The notes beneath the pieces were generated by a model that made no database searches, was not told where the DNA came from, and saw only the letters and a program-made list of their open reading frames with translations. From Longimicrobiales bacterium (GTDB lineage Bacteria; Gemmatimonadota; Gemmatimonadetes; Longimicrobiales; Gaopeijiaceae), in contig OZ220732.1 of the NCBI GenBank assembly GCA_965116905.1, positions 2,432,001-2,496,000 of the forward strand: 64,000 nt of DNA. Reading direction: 5' to 3'. Below are positions 28,847-38,417 of this stretch, one piece after another; positions within the stretch are counted from its first letter, which is position 1, and the number at the start of each line of letters is the position of its first letter. The translations under genes were made by a program, and so were the position numbers.

Positions 28847-30505
28847 CTACCACGCGGCGGCAGGGGTCAGCAAGCTTCGGCCCGTCATTTCGCGTGGTCG
28901 CGGTATTCCGAGCAATCGGAGGATCGTCGGCGCCACGTCCGCCAGCACGCCGTCGTCAAGCGAGGAGGCCGCCGGCCTTGCACGTCCTCCGTCGGCGGGC
29001 CGCCAGCCGTCGGCCGCCACCAGGAACAGCCGGACAGGGAAGGTCGTGTGTGCCGTGAATGCACTCCCGTCGTCGTCCAGCATCTTCTCGGCGTTGCCGT
29101 GGTCGGCGGTGACCAGCGCGATTCCGCCCGCTTCGGCGACGGCGTCCAGGACCCGCCCCACGCACGCGTCCACCGTCTCCACCGCCTCGACCGTCGCCGG
29201 GATGCTCCCCGTGTGGCCCACCATGTCCGCGTTGGCGTAGTTGACGAGGATGAAATCGTGCCGAGCCTCGTCAATGTGGCCGAGCAGCGCGTCCGTGAGC
29301 TCACAGGCACTCATGTCGGGCTTTAAGTCATACGTCGCAACGTTAGGTGAAGGAATGAGATGACGGTCTTCACCAGAGAAGGATTCTTCGACACCGCCAT
29401 TGAAGAAATAGGTGACGTGCGGGTACTTCTCCGTCTCGGCCATGCGGAGCTGGGTGCGCCCCGCCTCGGCGAGCACCGCCCCCAGCACGTTGTCGAGAGT
29501 TTGGGGCGGGAAGAGGACAGGGTGGGGGAATCCGTCCTCATAACGGGTCATGGCCACGAGGCTGGCGAAGGTGCCGCGCGGGCGGTCGAAGTGGGGGAAC
29601 GTGTCTTCGGTGAGGGCGGTCGTGAGTTGGCGGGCCCGGTCGGCGCGGAAGTTGAAGAAGAGGATGCCGTCTTCGGGCCGGATGCCATCCTCCGGCCGGA
29701 TGCCATCCTCGGGCCGGATGCCATCCTCCGGCCGGATGCCATCCTCGGGCCGGATGCCATCCCCGTCGATCACGACCGGAGGCAGGAATTCGTCGGTGGT
29801 GCCGGCCTCGTAGCAGCGGACCACGTACTCGGACGCGCCCTCCGCTCGGGGGCCGGACCCCTCGGCGATCGCCCGGTAGGCCCGCTCGGTGCGCGGCCAG
29901 CGGCGGTCCCGGTCCATCGCGAAGTACCGCCCGGATACCGTGGCGATCCGGAGGTCCCCGCTGCTGCTCTTCGCCCGCGACTCCAGTTCCCGGATCCAGA
30001 GGATGCCCGACGTGGGGGACGTGTCGCGCCCGTCCGTGATGCCATGGATCCGCACCGGCAAGCGTTCGCGCTCGGCCCAATCCAGGAGCGCATGGAGATG
30101 GCCGATTTCGCTATGGACACCCCCGTCGGAGCAGAGTCCGATCAGGTGCAGAGTGCCGCCGGTGGCCCGCAGTCCGTCCGCCAGCACCGCCAGTTCGGGG
30201 AGGGCGAAGAACGACCCGTCCCGGATCGCCGCCGAGATCCGCGTGACGTCCTGATGCACGATCCGGCCCGCACCGAGGTTCAGGTGTCCCACCTCGGAAT
30301 TGCCCATCTGTCCCGCGGGCAGGCCGACTGCTTCGCCCGAGGTGGCGAGCATGCTCCAGGGACACTCGGCCAGCAGCCTGTCCCGCACCGGTGTGCGAGC
30401 CATGGCAACCGCGTTGCCCCAGCGTTCGACTTCGTGCGGATCGGTCGCCCCCACGCCCCACCCGTCACAGACGATGAGGACGACGGGCTTCCTGCTATCG
30501 TTCAT
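28847..30505 (-). CDS. gpmI: 2,3-bisphosphoglycerate-independent phosphoglycerate mutase
   Basis: DGWG, QMGNSEVGH, DGGVHS, DGRDT, FNFRADRARQ, AETEKYPHVT, DMVGHTG, TADHGNAE. Confidence 0.97.
   Translation of the reverse strand: MNDSRKPVVLIVCDGWGVGATDPHEVERWGNAVAMARTPVRDRLLAECPWSMLATSGEAVGLPAGQMGNSEVGHLNLGAGRIVHQDVTRISAAIRDGSFFALPELAVLADGLRATGGTLHLIGLCSDGGVHSEIGHLHALLDWAERERLPVRIHGITDGRDTSPTSGILWIRELESRAKSSSGDLRIATVSGRYFAMDRDRRWPRTERAYRAIAEGSGPRAEGASEYVVRCYEAGTTDEFLPPVVIDGDGIRPEDGIRPEDGIRPEDGIRPEDGIRPEDGILFFNFRADRARQLTTALTEDTFPHFDRPRGTFASLVAMTRYEDGFPHPVLFPPQTLDNVLGAVLAEAGRTQLRMAETEKYPHVTYFFNGGVEESFSGEDRHLIPSPNVATYDLKPDMSACELTDALLGHIDEARHDFILVNYANADMVGHTGSIPATVEAVETVDACVGRVLDAVAEAGGIALVTADHGNAEKMLDDDGSAFTAHTTFPVRLFLVAADGWRPADGGRARPAASSLDDGVLADVAPTILRLLGIPRPREMTGRSLLTPAAAW
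29662..29762. repeat. in-frame 18-bp VNTR (~5.6 copies) encoding (DGIRPE)n inside gpmI
   Basis: GGATGCCATCCTC(C/G)GGCC repeated with alternating C/G. Confidence 0.95.
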
Positions 30506-30615
30506 CAGGGCACAGTGCACAGTGCGGATGTGCGGTCGGGGATTCGATGGAGGTCGGCGAAGCGACGGTACGCCGTTCCGTGCGGTGACCAATCTAACAG
30601 GAGAGCGGCGGACAC

Positions 30616-31680
30616 TTGAGCGACGCCTGGAGAACCAGCTTTGACCTGGACGGTCGTCCCGCGGCGCGGGTGGCCTGGCTGCCCGCGGCTCCGACCGCCG
30701 ACAATGCGGCGCACCAGCCGTGGCGTGCGGCCGTGGGTCCGGCGAGGGTTGGCAACGCAGCGCCCGCTGCCCCCGGCGCTCCCGTGCATTGGCCTCTGGC
30801 CGTGGTGGTCTGGAACGCACGCGTGGGTGGCGGAGCGATGCGGGCCTTCCGGGACCACCTTCTGACGGGCTCGCCGATGGTGCTGCTGCTGCAGGAGGTT
30901 TTCGCGACCGGGGCCACTACGGGGGTCACTGCGGGGGCCGCTGCGGGGGCTGGTGCGGGGGCCGCTGGGGTCAGCCTGCCCTCTGGCGATGCGCGTTGGG
31001 CCGCTCGGATCGCCGACCGCCCCGAGGAGGAGGATCGCACCGACATCGTTACGTTCGCGCTTGAGGCGGGCCTCTCGTTGCTGTACGTGCCTTCCATGCG
31101 GAACGGTGGTCCGGACGGCACCCCCGATGGCGATGCTCCCGAAGACAGGGGGTGTGCGATCCTGGCCAACGTGCCGCTGGCCCGGCCGCGAGCGATCGAG
31201 CTGCCCTTCGAGCGCCAGCGCCGGGTCGCGGTCGCCGCCAGCGTGACCCTGGAGGATCACACGATCGATCTCTGCTCGGTGCACCTGGACAACCGGGCGC
31301 CGTGGAGCCGGGCCTGGCGCACCCTGGGAGCCGCCCGCCGCCGCCAGATGGCCGGGCTTCTCGATGTGTTCCCGGCGGACGACCGCGCCCAGGCGCATGT
31401 CCTCGGCGGTGACCTGAATACCTGGGTCGGTGGTCGCCGCGAGAGCGCCTATCGCCTTGCCAGGCAGTGTTTTCCACTGCCCGACCGCCCCGACTCCAGA
31501 CCCACGCATCATTTCGAGATCGGCGGCTGGTTGCGGCATTCCGACCACCTCATGTTCCGGCTGCCTTCCAAATGGCGCGGCGAATACCGTCGCCTGGACG
31601 ACACCTTCGGGTCCGATCACTATCCGCTGGTGGGGACGGTGCGCCCGGAGGTGCACGGCGCGGCAAGGGGCAGCATATGA
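30616..31680 (+). CDS. endonuclease/exonuclease/phosphatase (EEP) family protein
   Basis: VWN, LLQEV, SVHLD, GGDLN, DH and GSDHYP motifs. Start uncertain. Confidence 0.85.
   Translation: MSDAWRTSFDLDGRPAARVAWLPAAPTADNAAHQPWRAAVGPARVGNAAPAAPGAPVHWPLAVVVWNARVGGGAMRAFRDHLLTGSPMVLLLQEVFATGATTGVTAGAAAGAGAGAAGVSLPSGDARWAARIADRPEEEDRTDIVTFALEAGLSLLYVPSMRNGGPDGTPDGDAPEDRGCAILANVPLARPRAIELPFERQRRVAVAASVTLEDHTIDLCSVHLDNRAPWSRAWRTLGAARRRQMAGLLDVFPADDRAQAHVLGGDLNTWVGGRRESAYRLARQCFPLPDRPDSRPTHHFEIGGWLRHSDHLMFRLPSKWRGEYRRLDDTFGSDHYPLVGTVRPEVHGAARGSI
30910..30970 (+). repeat. 12-bp degenerate tandem repeat x5 (GGGGCCGCTGCG-like)
   Basis: Encodes GATTGVTAGAAAGAGAGAAG; six G4-G5 runs. Confidence 0.8.
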
Positions 31681-32876
31681 ATCGGGATTCCAGGAAAACC
31701 GCAGAAAAGTCGCGTCAGGTCGGCGCATCGGCGACTCCTGGCGCGACCGTGATCGCGCTGGTGGTCGCACTTTGGTCGTGTGGCGACTCAACCGGGCATA
31801 GGGAGGTCCCGCCACTTGCATCTCTATCGCCTGATCCGATCTGGGCAGTGGGCAGCGCCGATGGTCCCGACGCAGAGGTCTTTTGGCGGATATCGGGCGC
31901 GAGGCGGTTGGCGGACGGCAGTGTTGTTGCAGGCATCGAAGGATTCCACGAAATCCGGAAGTTCGGGCCGGACGGCACCCTCCGCTGGACGGCTGGCCGC
32001 AGGGGTGTCGGACCAGGCGAGTTCGAACGGCTGCAACTCCTGCGAGGGTGCTCCGGAGACAAGGTTGTCGCCTATGACCGAAGCGCCTTCAGGGTTACCG
32101 AGTTCGATCAGGACGGCGAGCGGTTGGCCACGTGGCAGGTGCCCTCCGGTGCGGGTGCTCCGTTCGGGGTGACGTGCGCGCCCGATGGAAGGATCGTCTA
32201 CTTCCCATGGGGTGAATTCCCGTCGGAACCCGGGATCGTACGATGGCAGGTGCCCATCTTGTGGAGTTCCCGTGGCACGGGAGGTCCGGAACTCATCAGA
32301 GACGAAGTGCCGGGGTTGGAGCGCGTTCTGGACCCAGGTGGCGGCGGGTACTGGGAACGCCCGTGGTCACGAAGACTGGTGTTCGGAGCGACCAATGAAG
32401 GCGTGTGGATCGGGACCAGCGACGACTACATGCTGGAGTTCGTCGGTTGGGACGGGGTGGGCCTGAAAACGCTTGCATGGTCGGGAAGAGACCGCACGGT
32501 GACCCAGGCGGACATTGACCAACTGCGTGATGAGTTTACCGAGGACGATGACGAGGAGGAAAAGGCCAGATTCCTCAGGGAAAGCTGGCCCGACTATGAG
32601 AGCGTGCTGCCCACCACTGTGCCGGCTTACTCACGTCTGCTTGTCCTGGATGACGGCACTGTGTGGGTCGGACAGTGGGATGGCTACGTGTGGCTGCCGC
32701 GGCTGCCTGGGCACCCCGGGAAGCGCTGGGATGTCTTCGGCCCCGCCGGCGAACGGGTTCGTCAGGTGATCATCCCGACGAACATGCGCCTTCTGGATGC
32801 CGGCGAAGGCTGGGTTCTGGTGGTGGTCCGGGATAGCCTTGGAGTCCAGACGCTTGCCGTCTATGAGTTCAGTTGA
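31677..32876 (+). CDS. 6-bladed beta-propeller (TolB-like) lipoprotein
   Basis: Lipobox LWSC, GRRGVGPGEF, LLVLDDGTVWV, WDVFGPAGE, RDSLGVQ. ATGA overlap with the EEP gene. Confidence 0.75.
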   Translation: MNRDSRKTAEKSRQVGASATPGATVIALVVALWSCGDSTGHREVPPLASLSPDPIWAVGSADGPDAEVFWRISGARRLADGSVVAGIEGFHEIRKFGPDGTLRWTAGRRGVGPGEFERLQLLRGCSGDKVVAYDRSAFRVTEFDQDGERLATWQVPSGAGAPFGVTCAPDGRIVYFPWGEFPSEPGIVRWQVPILWSSRGTGGPELIRDEVPGLERVLDPGGGGYWERPWSRRLVFGATNEGVWIGTSDDYMLEFVGWDGVGLKTLAWSGRDRTVTQADIDQLRDEFTEDDDEEEKARFLRESWPDYESVLPTTVPAYSRLLVLDDGTVWVGQWDGYVWLPRLPGHPGKRWDVFGPAGERVRQVIIPTNMRLLDAGEGWVLVVVRDSLGVQTLAVYEFS

Positions 32877-32990
32877 GGCACACGTTGGCGCGGTCATCCG
32901 GCGAGGGTCGCCAAACGCGATTGTTGCCCCAACCTGACGTTACGTCAGGGTCGTCCTGGCGCCCCTACACCTCGTCTTCGGCCCGGCCCC

Positions 32991-34379
32991 CTACCGGCCC
33001 CCGCCCGTCGCCCAATACCCCCCTTGCGCGCGGTCGAACACGATCTCGCGGCCCACGGCCTCCGTCTCCACGCGCCCATCCGCGAACACCGTCCGCCCGC
33101 CCACCCACGTCCTCACGGGCCAGCCCTGGAGTCTGGTCCCGTGCCATGGACTCCAGCCGGACTTGCACCGCTGATCCTCGTTTCTCACTACCTGCTCCTT
33201 CTCCATGTCCACCAGCACCAGGTCGGCGTCGTAGCCCGGCTCGATCCGGCCCTTGCCCACGATGTCCCAGATCCGCGCGGGACGGTCGCACATCCAGGCG
33301 GCCACCTCCTCAAGCGTGCAGCGGCCCTCGTTGACCTCGTGGAGCATGAGGGGCAGGAAGACCTCGACGGCCGGCACTCCGGACGGTGATCCGGGGTAGG
33401 GGACCGCCTTCTCCTCGAGGGTGTGGGGTGCGTGATCGGTGGCCACGATCTGGATCGCGCCTTCCTTGAGCCCCCGCCAGAGTGCCTCCCGGTCCGCAGC
33501 CGTCTTGAGCGAGGGGTTCATCTGGGCCAGCGTGCCGAGGCGATCGTAGTCGGAGGTGTCGAAGAAGAGATGATGGGGGCACGCTTCCGCCGTGACGACA
33601 CGGTCGCGAGCTGCGGTGAGCCGATTATGCTCGGCGATGATCCGCACCTCCTCGGCAGTGGAGACGTGCAGGACGTGGAAGCGGTGGCGATGGCGGTGCG
33701 CGAGGTCGATGGCGCGGAGCGTGGCGGTGACCGCCGCCCTGTGATCGCGAATGCGGGAGTGGTCGTGCACGGTGAGCGGCCCGCCCAGGCGTGCCCGGTT
33801 CGCGCGCACCGTGCCCTCGTCCTCACAGTGGGCCGTGATCGGCAGCGTGGTCTCGGCGAAGATCGCCTCGAGGCACTCCTGATCGTCGACCAGCATGTTC
33901 CCCGTGCTCGACCCGATGAAGATCTTGATCCCGGGCGTGGCGACGCCGGGTGTCCGTCCGGCGCGGCAGAGTTCGTCCAGGTTGCCGGTCGTGGCGCCCA
34001 TGTAGAAGCCGTAGTTGACGACCGAACGACGCGCGGCCAGTTCCAGCTTGGCCGCCAGCGCCTCGACCGTGATCGTCTGCGGCACGGTGTTCGGCATTTC
34101 CAGGAACGAGGTGACGCCGCCCGCCGCGCACGCCCGGCTTCCCGTGCGCAGATCCTCCTTGTGCGTCAGCCCCGGGTCGCGGAAATGGACCTGGTCGTCG
34201 ATCACGCCGGGGAGCAGGTGGAGGCCGGCCCCGTCCACCACCTCGTCCGCACGCGTGTGTCGAGCCGCATCCACACCCGCGATCACGCCGTCCTCGATCA
34301 GCACCGAGGTGCGCGCCACCTTACCCGGCAGCACGACCTGCGCGTTCCGGATCAGCGTGCGGTGCGCCACGGGCGCCAC
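32991..34379 (-). CDS. pyrC: dihydroorotase (amidohydrolase superfamily)
   Basis: [56 protein letters not shown]. Confidence 0.85.
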   Translation of the reverse strand: MAPVAHRTLIRNAQVVLPGKVARTSVLIEDGVIAGVDAARHTRADEVVDGAGLHLLPGVIDDQVHFRDPGLTHKEDLRTGSRACAAGGVTSFLEMPNTVPQTITVEALAAKLELAARRSVVNYGFYMGATTGNLDELCRAGRTPGVATPGIKIFIGSSTGNMLVDDQECLEAIFAETTLPITAHCEDEGTVRANRARLGGPLTVHDHSRIRDHRAAVTATLRAIDLAHRHRHRFHVLHVSTAEEVRIIAEHNRLTAARDRVVTAEACPHHLFFDTSDYDRLGTLAQMNPSLKTAADREALWRGLKEGAIQIVATDHAPHTLEEKAVPYPGSPSGVPAVEVFLPLMLHEVNEGRCTLEEVAAWMCDRPARIWDIVGKGRIEPGYDADLVLVDMEKEQVVRNEDQRCKSGWSPWHGTRLQGWPVRTWVGGRTVFADGRVETEAVGREIVFDRAQGGYWATGGGR

Positions 34380-34380
34380 C

Positions 34381-34971
34381 TCACGAGAAGTAGGGATTCT
34401 CCCCGCTCGCGTGGTCGGTCACGTCGTGGATCGCGGTCACCTCGGGCACCGACTGCGACACCATGCGCTCCACACCCTGACGTAACGTCATGCGTGACAT
34501 GGCGCACCCCTGACACCCCCCCGCCATCTCAATGAAGATCTCGGTGCCCTGCACGTCCACCAGGTTGATCACGCCACCATGCGCGGCGATCGCCGGGTTG
34601 ATCTCGGTGTCCAGCACATGGCTCACGCGGTCGGCGAGTTCGCCCGAAGGGCCCGAATCCTCGATCGCGGCCTTCGTGACGTTGGGATCCGGCGTGATCT
34701 GAAATCCGCTCTCCTGGATCTTCTCGACAAAGTCCACCCTGGCGCCGTTCAGCCGGTCCACGCTCGCCTCGTCGACGAGCACCGTAAACGATCCCGCGTC
34801 GACTTCGATATCCGTGTCGGCGCGTTGTTCGGCGTCCACCAGGGTGAGTTCGTAATTCGGGGCGAAGGGACTTCCGTCGACCGCGATCCGCAGCGCCTGA
34901 AGTCCGTCCTCCTCCATGTCCATGAAGGACACGACCATGTCCCGCGCCTTATCTGTAAACGTCAGCTTCAT
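34381..34971 (-). CDS. nfuA: Fe-S cluster biogenesis protein NfuA
   Basis: Degenerate A-type-carrier N-domain plus NifU-C domain [10 protein letters not shown]...GGCQGC. Confidence 0.9.
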   Translation of the reverse strand: MKLTFTDKARDMVVSFMDMEEDGLQALRIAVDGSPFAPNYELTLVDAEQRADTDIEVDAGSFTVLVDEASVDRLNGARVDFVEKIQESGFQITPDPNVTKAAIEDSGPSGELADRVSHVLDTEINPAIAAHGGVINLVDVQGTEIFIEMAGGCQGCAMSRMTLRQGVERMVSQSVPEVTAIHDVTDHASGENPYFS

Positions 34972-35047
34972 CCGTATGCCTCTGGGTCGGGTAAACCGGG
35001 AGGGAGTAGTTTGAAAGGTGTCCTCTTGAACCGGGAGAAGCAACGAC

Positions 35048-35884
35048 GTGAACACGGTCATCATCACCGGCGGCAACCGCGGCATTGGATTGGCGGCGGC
35101 GCGCCAAGTCGCCCATGCGGGCCACCCGGTCATCCTCGTGTGCAGGGACCGGGAGCGTGGCGAGGAAGCCCGCGCCCGGCTAGCCCAACCGGCCGCACCG
35201 CATCGCCATCGCCTCGTCGTCGCCGACCTCGCCTCGCTGGCGTCCGTGCGCGAAGCTGCTGCCCGTATCAGCGAAATCGAGCCGTCGATCGCTGCGCTGA
35301 TCAACAACGCGGCCGTGCTCCCCAAGCGCCGCGCGGTCAGTCGGGACGGCTTCGAAATGCAGCTCGCGGTCACCCATCTTGGGCACTTCCTCCTCACGAA
35401 CCTCCTGTTGCCGCTGCTGAGCCGGTCCCCGCGCCCCTGCCGCGTCGTGACCGTGTCCTCGGCGGCCCACGAGGGTCCTGCCTTCGACTTCAGCGACCCC
35501 AACTGGGAGCGGCGTCCCTACCGCAAGGGACGGGCCTACCAGCAGAGCAAGCTTGCCAATGTCCTCTTTTCTCTCGAGCTCGCGCGCCGGTCCGACGGGA
35601 CGAGCGTCGAAGCGGTAGCGCTTCACCCGGGCGTGTACGATACGGGATTGCTTCGCGACTACGTGGGAGGCGGTCCCGGGGGCGGTGCTGTGGCGCGCGT
35701 GATGGGCCGCCGCGCCGGTCGGGGCGGTCCCGTCCTGGCCGAGCTCGCCGTGGGACGCCGGGATGAGGACCTGAACGGCGCATACTTCAGCAAGACCAGG
35801 CGCTCGTCGCCTTCGTCGGCGGCGCGTGACGCGCAGGCGCAGTCGAGGCTGTGGGCGTGGAGCGCCGAGGCCGTGGGACTTTAG
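35048..35884 (+). CDS. short-chain dehydrogenase/reductase (retinol dehydrogenase-like)
   Basis: TGGNRGIG, LINNAA, HLGHFLLT, YQQSK, LHPG. Confidence 0.92.
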   Translation: MNTVIITGGNRGIGLAAARQVAHAGHPVILVCRDRERGEEARARLAQPAAPHRHRLVVADLASLASVREAAARISEIEPSIAALINNAAVLPKRRAVSRDGFEMQLAVTHLGHFLLTNLLLPLLSRSPRPCRVVTVSSAAHEGPAFDFSDPNWERRPYRKGRAYQQSKLANVLFSLELARRSDGTSVEAVALHPGVYDTGLLRDYVGGGPGGGAVARVMGRRAGRGGPVLAELAVGRRDEDLNGAYFSKTRRSSPSSAARDAQAQSRLWAWSAEAVGL

Positions 35885-35979
35885 CCCGCACTGCGGACTT
35901 CGGTACCTTTCGGACTCGTTTTGCGCGGCCCGGCGGGGCAGCGCGCGGTGCACTCACACAACATCCCGGGGGACGTGAC

Positions 35980-37302
35980 GTGGCGGACCGGATGGAAACA
36001 ATCGTCTCGCTGTGCAAGCGGCGGGGATTCGTCTTTCAGTCGTCGGAGATCTACGGCGGTGCGGCGTCGGTGTGGGACTACGGACCCCTCGGCGTCGAGC
36101 TGCGGAAGAACGTGGCGGACGTCTGGTGGTCCGCGATGGTCCACGCGCGCGACGATATCGAGGGGCTGGATGCCGGGATCCTCATGCACCCCCGGGTGTG
36201 GGAGGCGTCGGGTCACGTCTCCGGCTTCACCGATCCGCTGCTGGAGTGCAAGACCTGCAAGAAGCGCTGGCGGGCGGACCACATCGAGCAGGCCGGCTGC
36301 GCGCGGAAGCCCTCGGTCGTCCCGGGTGCCCACGCCGACTGCGACCTGGGCGAGCCCCGCCTCTTCAATCTCATGTTCAAGACGTTCATGGGGCCGGTGG
36401 AGGAGGATGCCTCGGTCGTCTACCTGAGACCCGAAACCGCGCAGGGGTCGTACGTCAACTTCCTCAACGTCCAGCAGACCTCACGACAGCGTGTTCCGTT
36501 CGGAATCGCGCAGCTCGGCAAGGCGTTCCGCAACGAGATTACACCGGGCAACTTCATCTTCCGCACCCGCGAATTCGAGCAGGCCGAGATGCAGTTCTTC
36601 GTCAAGCCCGGCAGCGACGACGAGTGGTTCGACTACTGGCTCGAGCAGCGCATCGCCTGGCACCACGAGATCGGCATCCGGCCGGAGAAGCTGCGGCAGC
36701 ACGCCCACGGCCCGAACGAGTTGGCCCACTACGCCAAGACCGCCGTCGACATCGAGTACGAGTTCCCATTCGGATGGCAGGAGCTGGAGGGCGTCCACAA
36801 CCGCACCGACTTCGACCTGTCACGCCACCAGGAGTTCTCCGGCAAGCGCCTCATCTACATCGATCCCGCGGGTGGCGAGCGTTACCTGCCTTTCGTTGTG
36901 GAGACGGCGATGGGGGTCGGACGGGCGGCCCTGGTCGCGCTGGTGGACGGATACCGCGAGGAGGAAGTCGGAGGTCAGCAGCGCGTTGTACTGGGACTCA
37001 GTCCGCGCCTGGCGCCCATCAAGGCGGCGGTCTTCCCGTTGATGAAGAAGCACGGGCAACCCGAAGTGGCGCAGTCGCTGCTCAAGGCGCTTCGCCGCGC
37101 GCGCATCCCCGCGGCCTACGACCAGGCGGGCTCGATCGGCCGCCGCTACCGCCGTCAGGACGAGGCGGGGACGCCCTGGTGCGTCACCATCGACGGCCAG
37201 ACCCGTGACGACGACAGCGTCACGATCCGAGACCGCGACACCCTGGCCCAGGAGCGCGTTGGCCTCGACCACGTAGTCGGCTGGATCACGGAGCGGCTGT
37301 AG
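35980..37302 (+). CDS. glyQS: glycine--tRNA ligase (homodimeric type)
   Basis: KRRGF..SSEIYGG, LRPETAQG, FRNEITPGNFIFRTREFEQ, GSIGRRYRRQDEAGTP. Confidence 0.96.
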   Translation: MADRMETIVSLCKRRGFVFQSSEIYGGAASVWDYGPLGVELRKNVADVWWSAMVHARDDIEGLDAGILMHPRVWEASGHVSGFTDPLLECKTCKKRWRADHIEQAGCARKPSVVPGAHADCDLGEPRLFNLMFKTFMGPVEEDASVVYLRPETAQGSYVNFLNVQQTSRQRVPFGIAQLGKAFRNEITPGNFIFRTREFEQAEMQFFVKPGSDDEWFDYWLEQRIAWHHEIGIRPEKLRQHAHGPNELAHYAKTAVDIEYEFPFGWQELEGVHNRTDFDLSRHQEFSGKRLIYIDPAGGERYLPFVVETAMGVGRAALVALVDGYREEEVGGQQRVVLGLSPRLAPIKAAVFPLMKKHGQPEVAQSLLKALRRARIPAAYDQAGSIGRRYRRQDEAGTPWCVTIDGQTRDDDSVTIRDRDTLAQERVGLDHVVGWITERL

Positions 37303-37308
37303 CCCGCG

Positions 37309-37347
37309 ACCCGCCGGCCGCCGGTCGCCGGCCGCCGGCCGCCGGCC
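37309..37347. repeat. 7-bp GC tandem repeat (CCGCCGG)n between convergent genes
   Basis: ccgccggccgccggtcgccggccgccggccgccggcc; self-complementary and could form a hairpin. Confidence 0.6.
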
Positions 37348-37372
37348 AAATCCGCGGATCGCCAACCCCCCG

Positions 37373-38383
37373 TCAGCCGGAAAGCAGTTCCCGCCCGAGG
37401 AACCTTGCGGCCTCCCGCTCCGCCCAGAAGCGCGGGCGCCACGGGAGCGCGCCCTCGATGAACCCGAGGTGCCCTCCCCGGTCGGCGAAGGCGGCCGCCA
37501 GGTGGGGGTTGTCCGCGACAATGGCATCGGGCGCCGCGCCCCGAGGCAGAAACGGGTCGTCCCGGGACTGGATGAGGAGCGCCGGCACCCGGACGTGTGC
37601 AAGGTGGCGTCGCACGTCGGCGCGAGCATAGTAGTCGTCGGCTCCGGCGAAGCCGTGCAGCGGTGCCGTACAGGCATCGTCGAAGTCCCGGAGCGTTCGG
37701 GCCGCCAGCGTGCGGTCCACGTCAACCGCACCGTCGAGCAGCTGCCGCTTTGCACGCACCTTGCGGCGCAGCGAACGCAGGAAGTACGCGCCGTACGTGC
37801 GTCCCATGATACCGGTCGACAGACGCTCCGCGCAGCCGGGGAGATCGAAGGGCACCGATACGGCTGCGGCGGCGTCGATTCCGGCCGAGCCCCGGCGCTC
37901 GCCCAGATACTTGAGCAGGACGTTGCCCCCGAGGCTGAACCCGGCCGCACCGACGGGACGCCCGGGATGGCCGTGACGGAGCCGCGCGACCACATGCGCC
38001 AGATCGCCCGTATCGCCGGAATGGTAGGCCCGGGGCAGCCGGTTGGGCTCGCCGCCGCAACCGCGAAAGTTCATGCCCACCCCTCGAAGCCCTCGGTCGA
38101 AGAGTTCGCGGAAGATCAGGGACATGTACTCGCGCCGGGTCGAACCTTCGAGGCCGTGCAGCACAACGACCAGCGGCGCCCCCGGCTTGGGTCGGGGGGC
38201 GAAATCGAGGTCGAGGAAGTCCCCGTCCGGGGTGTCGACTCTGCGCCGTTCCAGCGGCAGCCCCCGGCTGGAGCGCAAGTACTTGCCGGCCAGGGTCTGG
38301 GCATGCCGGTTTCGGAGCCACCATGCGGGCCGAAATGGGGCCCGGCGGACGTGTGTTGACACTTGGGTATCGCGCGCACTCAT
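37373..38383 (-). CDS. YheT family alpha/beta hydrolase
   Basis: NRHAQT, LHGLEGS, NFRGC, YHSGDT.D, GFSLGG, DDPF, GGHLGF. Confidence 0.9.
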   Translation of the reverse strand: MSARDTQVSTHVRRAPFRPAWWLRNRHAQTLAGKYLRSSRGLPLERRRVDTPDGDFLDLDFAPRPKPGAPLVVVLHGLEGSTRREYMSLIFRELFDRGLRGVGMNFRGCGGEPNRLPRAYHSGDTGDLAHVVARLRHGHPGRPVGAAGFSLGGNVLLKYLGERRGSAGIDAAAAVSVPFDLPGCAERLSTGIMGRTYGAYFLRSLRRKVRAKRQLLDGAVDVDRTLAARTLRDFDDACTAPLHGFAGADDYYARADVRRHLAHVRVPALLIQSRDDPFLPRGAAPDAIVADNPHLAAAFADRGGHLGFIEGALPWRPRFWAEREAARFLGRELLSG

Positions 38384-38417
38384 GACGCTCGGCGCCGGAT
38401 AGGCGACGACTACGGCA

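Noticed and set aside
29662..29762. possible CRISPR array
   Set aside because: Contiguous repeats with no spacers, in frame within gpmI, and no cas genes.
34972..35502. long N-terminal extension of nfuA in the ORF track
   Set aside because: Antisense to the SDR gene; NfuA homology begins at ATG 34971.
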